A stretch of 57,872 bases of DNA from Gemmatimonadales bacterium (GTDB taxonomy: Bacteria > Gemmatimonadota > Gemmatimonadetes > Gemmatimonadales > GWC2-71-9), in the NCBI GenBank assembly GCA_036378855.1, contig DASUVR010000253.1, positions 1 through 57,872 of the forward strand, written 5' to 3'. Shown here one piece after another: positions 42,548 to 50,175 of the stretch. Position numbers and translations under genes: made by a program. Each line of letters opens with the position of its first letter. The stretch's first letter is position 1. The notes beneath the pieces are model-generated. The model saw only the letters and a program-made list of their open reading frames with translations, had not been told where the DNA came from and searched no databases.

Positions 42548-44617
42548 GTGAGCAAAGGTATCGCCAGGGGCCGGTCACGCACGTCCGGCCTGACATTCAT
42601 CGGCATCTTGCTGGGTTTCACCAGTGGCGCGGCGCAGACTCCAGCGCTGCGCAAGCTGACCCTGGACGACGTCTACCGGTTTCGGGAGGTCAGCGCGCCG
42701 GAACTCTCTCCTGATGGTGGGTGGGTCGCGTATACCGTGGGAACCGCCGACAGCATAAAGGATCGCACCACCCGCGACCTCTTTATGACCAGCTGGGATG
42801 GGCGGCAAACCTTGCGGCTTACCACGTCACCTTCGAGCGAGGGTACTCCGCGCTGGAGCCCGGACGGCCGCTACCTGGCCTTTCTCTCCGATCGGGAGGA
42901 TCCCCACGAGGTGCAGCAGGTATGGCTCCTCAATCGGCAGGGAGGAGAAGCCGAACGGGTCAGCAATCTGCCAGGCGGAGTCAGCCAGTATGCCTGGTCG
43001 CCCGACAGCAAGCGCCTTGCTCTGATCGCCAGTGACCCGGATCCCGACACCGTTGCAACGGGCACCGACACCAGCGCACGGCGAACTCCGCCCATCGTGA
43101 TCAACCGGTTCCAATTCAAGGAGGATGAGACCGGCTATCTGGGGAAGCAACGAGACCACCTGTATGTGCTCGACCTGGCGAGCCGCAGGGCAACCCTCCT
43201 GACGCCGGGCAACTACAACGAGCTGGCCCCATCCTGGTCGCCCGACGGGAAACGGATTGCGTTCACCAGCAAGCGCCAGGCGGACTTCGACCGCACCAAC
43301 AACTGGGACATCTATGTGGTCGACGCGAGTCCAGGCGCCACCCCTACCCAACTCACCACATTTCCGGGCCCGGACATGGATCCTGAATGGGGTGGCCGGG
43401 GTCCGGCCTGGAGTCCGGACGGAAAGTCCTTGGCCTATGTGCAGGGAGGGTCGCCCAAGCTGATCTACTACGCAGGGCAAAAACTGGCGGTGGTGCCCTC
43501 AGCGGGTGGACCGGCCAAGCTGTTGACGCCCACCCTGGATCGAAACGTTCTCTCTCCTCGGTGGTCGGCCGACGGCTCCAGGATACTGTTCCTGCTGGAG
43601 GACGACCGGGTCACTCAGCTCGCCAGCGTTCCAGCACAGGGAGGCACGGTGCAACTGCTCACCAGGGGACGCCGGCTGGTGAGCGACTACTCCGCTGCGG
43701 GCGGCCGTGTCACGGTGCTCGCCAGCACGCCCGGTGCGCCCGCTGAGGTGTTTGCCTTGGAGAACAGCGAGCTCCGGCCGTTATCCCGGCAGAATGACGG
43801 CTGGCTTCGCGGGGTTCAGCTGGCTCCAGTGGAGGAGATCTCCTTTCGGAGCCCGGATGGCACCGCCATCAATGGATTTCTCGTGCGCCCGGTTGAATTT
43901 CAGCAGGGGAAGCCTGTTCCCACCATTCTTCGAATTCACGGCGGGCCGGTGTACCAGTTCTCCAATGAGTTCGCCTTCGAATGGCAGCTGTTCGCCGCCG
44001 AGGGGTTTGCCGTGGTTGCGGCCAATCCGCGGGGCAGCTCGGGCCGGGGAGAAAAATTTTCCACCGCTATCTGGGCTGACTGGGGGAATAAGGACGGACA
44101 GGACGTTCTCGCTGCCGTCGACTACGCCGTGGCACAGGGAGTGGCGGATTCCACCCGTTTGGGCGTAGGAGGCTGGAGCTATGGCGGAATTCTGACAGAC
44201 CAGGTGATTGCCCGAGACCAGCGATTCAAGGCGGCGATCAGCGGTGCGGGGCAGGGAAATGCACTTGCCGGGTACGGTACCGATCAGTACGTCAGAGAAT
44301 ACGAGGCGGAACTGGGAACACCGTGGGGAAACACCGAGGCCTGGCTCCGGGTGTCCTATCCTTTTCTTCATGCCGACCGGATCGTGACACCCACTCTCTT
44401 CATGTGCGGAGACCAAGACTTTAACGTTCCGCTGCTCAACTCGGAGCAGATGTATCAAGCGCTGAAGAGCTTGGGCCGAGACGCCCAGCTGGTGATCTAC
44501 CCGGGGGAGTACCACGAGATCAAGAAGCCCAGCTACGAACGGGACCGGCTCAAGCGGTACGTGGAGTGGTATGGCCACCACCTCAAGGGGCAGGCAGAGC
44601 AAGCGGCAACCCACTAG
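42548..44617 (+). CDS. S9 family serine peptidase (prolyl oligopeptidase/acylaminoacyl-peptidase type) with N-terminal beta-propeller
   Basis: Repeated SPDG..(L/I)A(F/Y) propeller units. Catalytic GGWSYGG (Ser), CGDQDFNVP (Asp), and YPGEYHEI (His). GTG start with a GAGGAG SD. Confidence 0.9.
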   Translation: MSKGIARGRSRTSGLTFIGILLGFTSGAAQTPALRKLTLDDVYRFREVSAPELSPDGGWVAYTVGTADSIKDRTTRDLFMTSWDGRQTLRLTTSPSSEGTPRWSPDGRYLAFLSDREDPHEVQQVWLLNRQGGEAERVSNLPGGVSQYAWSPDSKRLALIASDPDPDTVATGTDTSARRTPPIVINRFQFKEDETGYLGKQRDHLYVLDLASRRATLLTPGNYNELAPSWSPDGKRIAFTSKRQADFDRTNNWDIYVVDASPGATPTQLTTFPGPDMDPEWGGRGPAWSPDGKSLAYVQGGSPKLIYYAGQKLAVVPSAGGPAKLLTPTLDRNVLSPRWSADGSRILFLLEDDRVTQLASVPAQGGTVQLLTRGRRLVSDYSAAGGRVTVLASTPGAPAEVFALENSELRPLSRQNDGWLRGVQLAPVEEISFRSPDGTAINGFLVRPVEFQQGKPVPTILRIHGGPVYQFSNEFAFEWQLFAAEGFAVVAANPRGSSGRGEKFSTAIWADWGNKDGQDVLAAVDYAVAQGVADSTRLGVGGWSYGGILTDQVIARDQRFKAAISGAGQGNALAGYGTDQYVREYEAELGTPWGNTEAWLRVSYPFLHADRIVTPTLFMCGDQDFNVPLLNSEQMYQALKSLGRDAQLVIYPGEYHEIKKPSYERDRLKRYVEWYGHHLKGQAEQAATH

Positions 44618-44624
44618 TCCGCGA

Positions 44625-45026
44625 TTGCTGATTCACCTGTTTCGGCTCGCGGTCCCGGTGGGCGCCCTGGTAGCCGCAGTTCCTAGCTGCGGCCTGATCT
44701 TCCCGCAGAACCATCCTGCCCCGAAATCGTCTTCCGGCCAGCCAACCTCCGTGCTGGTGGAAGTCGAGAGTCACAACTGGAGCGACATCACCGTTTACTT
44801 GATGGCTGGGGGTCTTCCACAGCGCTTGGGGATGGTGACGGCTTTGGGCGCTGCCAGCTTTGATTTCCCGTCGGAAAGGCTCAACAACAGCGCCGGGGTC
44901 CGGTTACGAGCCTTGCCCGTTGCGGGGCAGCCGTTCACCAGCGAAAACATCCTCGTGGTACCGGGCCAGGTGATCACCTGGACTCTGGAAAACAATCTCG
45001 ACCGATCCAGCTTCTCCGTTTATTGA
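44625..45026 (+). CDS. hypothetical lipoprotein, tandem paralogue A (unknown family)
   Basis: The TTG at 44625 gives (M)LIHLFRLAVPVGALVAAVPSC (lipobox). The longest ORF starts at 44571, inside the S9 gene. It shares the motifs H.WSD(I/V).(V/I)YLM.G..QRLGMV...VRLRA...PGQ...W.LE..LDRSS.SV(Y/F) with the next gene. Confidence 0.6.
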   Translation: MLIHLFRLAVPVGALVAAVPSCGLIFPQNHPAPKSSSGQPTSVLVEVESHNWSDITVYLMAGGLPQRLGMVTALGAASFDFPSERLNNSAGVRLRALPVAGQPFTSENILVVPGQVITWTLENNLDRSSFSVY

Positions 45027-45031
45027 ATCCC

Positions 45032-45433
45032 ATGGTGGCCCTTCGCCGGGTGCTCAGCTTCGGTGTATTGCTTTCAGCGGGCGTGGGCTGTGGTCTTTTT
45101 TCTTCCCACTCCAAGGATTCCTCCGGGTCGAACGACTCCTCACTTGACTCGGAAATCCTGGTCCTGATCGAGAATCACCACTGGAGCGATATCGTCATAT
45201 ACCTCATGGACGGCAATCAGTCCCAACGATTGGGAATGGTCGCCGGGCTCAGCAACGGGCAGTTCACCTTTCCCTTCCGCAAATTGACCACAGGAGGAAA
45301 CGTCCGGCTGCGGGCCTATGCAGTCGGCGGGTCCGGCTCCACCACCAGTGACGATCTTCGGATCCAGCCCGGCCAGGGAGTCAAGTGGATATTGGAGAGC
45401 GATCTCGACAGATCATCCCTCTCAGTGTTCTAG
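45032..45433 (+). CDS. hypothetical lipoprotein, tandem paralogue B (unknown family)
   Basis: MVALRRVLSFGVLLSAGVGC (lipobox). An alternative TTG at 45023 overlaps the upstream stop. The mature domain is collinear with paralogue A. Confidence 0.65.
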   Translation: MVALRRVLSFGVLLSAGVGCGLFSSHSKDSSGSNDSSLDSEILVLIENHHWSDIVIYLMDGNQSQRLGMVAGLSNGQFTFPFRKLTTGGNVRLRAYAVGGSGSTTSDDLRIQPGQGVKWILESDLDRSSLSVF

Positions 45434-45450
45434 CACCCAGCTCTTAGTGA

Positions 45451-46824
45451 CTACGCGTCCCGGTTCAGGCAGCCTCCACCTGTGCTCGGGACGTTGGGAT
45501 TGTTCTGCTCTCTACGTGGCAGGGGAAGGTTCACGTCGGTCCCATAGGTGAGGCCGCTCTTGAACCAGGCGCCAGTTGGAAACACCGTTTCCGGATCGCG
45601 GCCATACTGCCGAATCAGCCGCCGCATATCACCCAAACGATGTCCGGTGGCGTAGAGCCAGAACGCGCGCTCAGCAAACAGTTGATCAACCGCATCATCG
45701 ACATTGCCGGGGGTGGCCAGCGGATCCAGCTCTACCAGGTCGCGCAGATCGTTCAGTCGCTGGGTCATAGCCGAATACGCACCGGTCTGAAGCTCGCTCT
45801 CGGCAATGATGAGCTGGGCTTCGGTGTAATCCGCCAAGGGGACCGGTGCATCGAATCCGGAGTACTTGCTGGGGAACCAGCTCTCGGTGTTGTTGTCCGA
45901 CGCAATTCCGGAGTCACCGGTGACCCTGACATCGGCGGCGGAAATGTAAGGCAGGCCATTACCGCCCTCCTGGTCTTCCACGCCAAACTCCCCGTTGTTG
46001 AATGCCTCGAAGATCCCGTTGTGCAACGCGGCGGGAGTCGACGAGTGCTCGGTCTCATACAGGAAGTCAGCCGGAACGGTCGCAACGGCAGCAGCCGCCT
46101 CGGCAAAGCGGCCCTCATCCAGCAAGGCGCGTCCGAGCCCGACGGAGGCCAGTGAGTGGATCGGGTCGCCGGCGACGATGCTGGGATGGGCCAGTGCGGT
46201 ATTGAACCGAAGGATCGCTGTATCCAGGACCTGAGCCGTCGTCAGCGCGGTTCCGAACACGATCTGATCATTCTCGATGTGGCTGACCGTAATCCCGGAG
46301 CAGAAACCTTCCGCTAGCATGGTGTATACGTACCCGGCCAGCGAGTGCATCTCCGGAATTCCCGTGTCGGCATCCGGATCAGTGCCGAACGATTGAAGGG
46401 CTACTGCGGCGTCCTCGGCTGCACTCCGAGCGCGATGCAGCGACTGATACAGCTCAGCCAGTCCTGCGGTGGTCGGCTGAGTCAACCGGAGGTCGACCTC
46501 GGTGCGGCTGGGGATGAATCCGGGATTCACGAACTCATCGCCCAGGATGCCGCTCAGCAGGACGTAACCGTCGGAGAAGTCGTTGGAATTGCTCGGGTCG
46601 GTATTGCCCGGAATTCCCACCGGCTGGAAATCACCATCCTTGGCCAGGGTGAAAATGCTGATGGCGCCCAGTCTCTTGGTGGCGGCCCCTGTCGGCGTAT
46701 TCAGATCTTCCGACCCGACGATGTTGGGCGGGTCCGTATCGAGGAGCCCGCACGCGGCGACCCCGGTGAGGAGCAACGGGGCAGCCGAGGCAAACAACCG
46801 GGCGCTCAATTTTGCAGAATGCAT
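45451..46824 (-). CDS. RagB/SusD family nutrient-uptake outer-membrane lipoprotein
   Basis: MHSAKLSARLFASAAPLLLTGVAACG (lipobox). It sits 16 nt downstream of a SusC-type gene. Helical TPR-like body and C-terminal ...FAERAFWLYATGHRLGDMRR typical of SusD-like proteins. Confidence 0.8.
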   Translation of the reverse strand: MHSAKLSARLFASAAPLLLTGVAACGLLDTDPPNIVGSEDLNTPTGAATKRLGAISIFTLAKDGDFQPVGIPGNTDPSNSNDFSDGYVLLSGILGDEFVNPGFIPSRTEVDLRLTQPTTAGLAELYQSLHRARSAAEDAAVALQSFGTDPDADTGIPEMHSLAGYVYTMLAEGFCSGITVSHIENDQIVFGTALTTAQVLDTAILRFNTALAHPSIVAGDPIHSLASVGLGRALLDEGRFAEAAAAVATVPADFLYETEHSSTPAALHNGIFEAFNNGEFGVEDQEGGNGLPYISAADVRVTGDSGIASDNNTESWFPSKYSGFDAPVPLADYTEAQLIIAESELQTGAYSAMTQRLNDLRDLVELDPLATPGNVDDAVDQLFAERAFWLYATGHRLGDMRRLIRQYGRDPETVFPTGAWFKSGLTYGTDVNLPLPRREQNNPNVPSTGGGCLNRDA

Positions 46825-46840
46825 TGCTGTGGTCTCCCGG

Positions 46841-49800
46841 TCAGAAGCCAAGGTTCACTCGCGCGACCCAGTAGCGGACCTGAGGCTGCGAGAAAAAGTC
46901 GGTGGCGGCGAAATTGCTTGAGCCTTCCCGTCCTTGCCCGAAGCCGTTCACCTCAGGGTCGATTCCGCTGTAGTCATCGATGGTCAGAAGATTGCGGCCA
47001 CTGAGAGTCAGGCTGAGGCGGGATGTCCGGAGCGCCCGGGCGATGTTGTCGGGTGCATTGAAGGTGAGTGACAGCTCGCGCAGCTTGATGAACCAGGCCG
47101 GCTCGAAGAAACCCCACTCGGTAAAGCCGTTCGGGTCTCCGTAGGTGTACGCCGCAGCGGCTGCCTGATCCTTGAGGGGAGCGGTGGGGTCGATCAGCGC
47201 CCGACAGTAGATGACGCCGCCGCCGCAGCGGAAGGAGTCGGTCCCATTCTCAATCCAGTGCCCGCCGCGATAATCGAAGAGCGCTCCCACGTTGAACAGG
47301 TTGCGGAAGAAAGACAGTGCGGTCCGGAGGCCGAATTCACGAGTGGGGACGGCTGACCCGCGGTACACCGCCGTGTCGCCGACCTGGTATTCACCCGGCT
47401 CGATGACGCCGTTGCCGTTGGCATCGCCGTACGAGAGGATGGGCCGGTCCCATATGCCACCCAACGGGTAACCCTCCACATGCCGCTGGATGAAGCCCAG
47501 GGTGATCGGTGCCACTCCTTCGCCCAGGTCATCGAGATTGTTCTTGTAAAGTGAGCCGGTGAATGTCAGATCCCAGGCGAACTTGGGCTGGTCGATGATA
47601 CGGGTATCCAGCCGCAACTCGACGCCCTGATTGGACACCTGGCCCAGATTGAAAAACTGGGTACTGGTGGTTCCCAGCGAGGGCACGATCTCACGCTTGA
47701 TCAGTGCATCGCTGGTTTGCTTGTAGAAGTAGGTTGCTTCGAGAGTCACTCGGTTGGAAAAGAGTGTCGCATCGAAGCCGGCTTCGATCTCTTGCGACAG
47801 CTCCGGCTTCAAATCCGCATTCCCCAGATTGGCTATGGTAACGCCACTGCTCGATACCGCATCCTTGCGCACGGCGGACTGACCATAGAAGCGAAGGGCA
47901 TCGATGGTTCCGGGCTGCTGTGTGGACTGGCCATAGGCAGCGCGTAACCGCAGGGTGTTGAGCCATCCCCCAGCCTGCTGTTCGCGGGCCACCCAGGAGG
48001 CGCTGAGTTTCGGTAGGGGCCGGCTGTTGAAGTTCTTACCGAAGGCGCTGTTATCATCCAACCGCATACCGGCGGTGAGGAAGAGCCGGTTTCGATAGCT
48101 CATCTGCTGATCGATAAACCCACCGGCTGACCGGCTCTCCACGTAGTCATCTGAGGCATCGGTGGTTGCCGCACCGAAGATCGACTCAGTGCCCCGTGCC
48201 AGCCCCTGGCCCTGGGAGTAATTACTGGTGTGGAGGTTCCGGAAATATTGGCCACCGAGCGCGGTTCTTCCGCTCCAGGCCGATGTCACCTTATAGCTGG
48301 CGGCAGTAAACAGATCCACCGACAGCTGCGACGTCAGCCCTCGGGTAATGTTGAGCTGACCCTCGGCCTCGGTCGGGTAGGCAAAAGGATTGATTTCTCC
48401 CGTTGGCCAGAACTGGGTGTCCTGATTGTTGGTCACATCGTAGCCGAACGTCGCTCTGCTGCTCAGCCACTGGAGTGGTCGCCAGTTTGCGGTGAGGCCA
48501 CCGGTGAAGCGTCCAACGCCTTGACGGTTTCGCTCGGCAAAAATCTCCGCCGGGATCAGAAACCACCCTCGATTTATGTCCTGAGGCAACCCGCTCCCGT
48601 CGCCACTTCCGATCACCGAGTTGAGGGTATTGTCGTTCTCCAGAAGATGGAGCTGACTGCTGAGGTAGCCGAGCGAGAGCTGCAAATCCGCGTTGGACGC
48701 GACCTTGGCGCTGGCATTGGCTCGAAGGCTGAGCTTGTCCAGTGAGTTGGGCCGGACCTGCTCCGGGGGGATGTTGCCGTTAGTGGCCTGGCTGACCGAG
48801 TCGAAATCGAAACCACGCATCTTGTAGACGCCGACTTCTCCCTCGTATTCAGCGGAGAGAAAGTACGTGGCCGCATCGGTGCCGCCTGCTACGTTCAGCC
48901 CGTACTGCTGGCGGTGCCCCGGAGAAAGGGGACGCTGGGCTGGGTCGTTCAGAGGATTGTAGGTATCGATCCGGCTCTGCACACAGGTGCCCTCGGCTTG
49001 CAGGAGCAGGGTACAACCAGAGGCATCTCCGGTAGCCGGGTCGAAGTTCGGATCGCTCGACCGGCCGAAGTAATTCGTCCGATAGGTATTCTGGTCCTCG
49101 ACCGCCCCCTGTTCAATGAACGCGTTCCAGCGAGGTTTTCCCGCGACCCCTCTCTTGGTGGTGATCAGAACCACGCCGTTAGCGGCTTGAATACCGTAGA
49201 GGGTGGCGGCGGAAGGGCCTTTCACGATCTCGATGTTCTCGATGTCGTCCGGGTTCAGGTCATTGATCCGAGAGGTGGACTGGCCTCCGATGTTATAGGC
49301 ATACCCATTGGGTTGGGCATCGATCCTGACACCGTCCACGTAGTAGAGCGGCTCATTCGACAACGACACGCTGTTGGACCCGCGAATCCGAATCTTGGTG
49401 CCGGTACCGGTGGCGCCGCTACTCTTGAGCACCTGCACGCCGGCGGCTCTGCCACTGAGCAGATTGGTGAATTCCGTGATCGGGGCTTCTTCCGCTACTT
49501 GCGCCGCTGGAATGGTGGCAATGGAGTTGCCGATTTCCAGCCGGCTCTGCTGGCCGGTGGCGGTGGTGACCAGCTCATCGAGCTGCACCGGTGACAACGT
49601 CATAGCAAAATTGTGGGCTACGATCTCACCCGCGGCGACCTGGACGGTATCCCCCATCGGCTGGTACCCGAGCCGCAGGACCTTGAGCAGGTACCTGCCC
49701 GGTGCCACGCCCCGAAAGGTGTACTGCCCGTCCTGGCCGGTGGTTTCGACCCGGTTGGGTCCCGCCAGGACCACCCGCGCAGCCTCCAGCGGCTGGCCGG

Positions 49801-49924
49801 TGGCGGCATCGCTCACCTTTCCGGCGATGGAGCCCTGCTGTGCCTGGAGGTTGAGGCTGACGCCTGCCAGAAGGGCACCGAGCAACAAGTGCACGCGTAT
49901 GGCCTTACCAATGGCAAATCTCAT
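46841..49924 (-). CDS. SusC/RagA family TonB-linked outer-membrane receptor
   Basis: Signal peptide. CarboxypepD_reg domain (GSIAGKVSDAATGQPLEAARVVL...GQYTFRGVAPGRYLLKVLRLGY). Plug (IEIVKGPSAATLYG). 1027 aa, with C-terminal ...RYWVARVNLGF. Confidence 0.9.
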   Translation of the reverse strand: MRFAIGKAIRVHLLLGALLAGVSLNLQAQQGSIAGKVSDAATGQPLEAARVVLAGPNRVETTGQDGQYTFRGVAPGRYLLKVLRLGYQPMGDTVQVAAGEIVAHNFAMTLSPVQLDELVTTATGQQSRLEIGNSIATIPAAQVAEEAPITEFTNLLSGRAAGVQVLKSSGATGTGTKIRIRGSNSVSLSNEPLYYVDGVRIDAQPNGYAYNIGGQSTSRINDLNPDDIENIEIVKGPSAATLYGIQAANGVVLITTKRGVAGKPRWNAFIEQGAVEDQNTYRTNYFGRSSDPNFDPATGDASGCTLLLQAEGTCVQSRIDTYNPLNDPAQRPLSPGHRQQYGLNVAGGTDAATYFLSAEYEGEVGVYKMRGFDFDSVSQATNGNIPPEQVRPNSLDKLSLRANASAKVASNADLQLSLGYLSSQLHLLENDNTLNSVIGSGDGSGLPQDINRGWFLIPAEIFAERNRQGVGRFTGGLTANWRPLQWLSSRATFGYDVTNNQDTQFWPTGEINPFAYPTEAEGQLNITRGLTSQLSVDLFTAASYKVTSAWSGRTALGGQYFRNLHTSNYSQGQGLARGTESIFGAATTDASDDYVESRSAGGFIDQQMSYRNRLFLTAGMRLDDNSAFGKNFNSRPLPKLSASWVAREQQAGGWLNTLRLRAAYGQSTQQPGTIDALRFYGQSAVRKDAVSSSGVTIANLGNADLKPELSQEIEAGFDATLFSNRVTLEATYFYKQTSDALIKREIVPSLGTTSTQFFNLGQVSNQGVELRLDTRIIDQPKFAWDLTFTGSLYKNNLDDLGEGVAPITLGFIQRHVEGYPLGGIWDRPILSYGDANGNGVIEPGEYQVGDTAVYRGSAVPTREFGLRTALSFFRNLFNVGALFDYRGGHWIENGTDSFRCGGGVIYCRALIDPTAPLKDQAAAAAYTYGDPNGFTEWGFFEPAWFIKLRELSLTFNAPDNIARALRTSRLSLTLSGRNLLTIDDYSGIDPEVNGFGQGREGSSNFAATDFFSQPQVRYWVARVNLGF

Positions 49925-50090
49925 GGCTTCTCCTTCGAACAGAAACTGCCGGCTGATCGATTGAGGTGATCGGTCCTTCGACTGTTGAGAATGGAGCTGC
50001 GGTTAGAAGAGCGGCGTCGTGACCCGGCCAGGCCGCGGAAACGTCCCCGCCAATGTGCTAAACCACCTTAGTTCTGTCAAAGTATGCCGC

Positions 50091-50119
50091 TTGACGCCCT
50101 ATTCGCCGGGCCGTATTTA
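50091..50119 (+). promoter_or_regulatory. candidate sigma-70 promoter for the TonB-dependent receptor gene
   Basis: TTGACG (50091-50096), 17-nt spacer, TATTTA (50114-50119), about 57 nt upstream of the GTG at 50176. Confidence 0.35.
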
Positions 50120-50175
50120 CATAGCTATCCGTTGACCGTCCCAATTCCCGCCCGACATTTTCCACGGAGGTCTCT

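Noticed and set aside
49925-50175. A possible cobalamin or TPP riboswitch in the leader between the divergent SusC and TonB-dependent receptor genes.
   Set aside because: No B12-box-like GCCACTG core and no TPP CTGAGA...ACCTGA pairing partners were found on either strand. I saw only a sigma-70-like promoter candidate.
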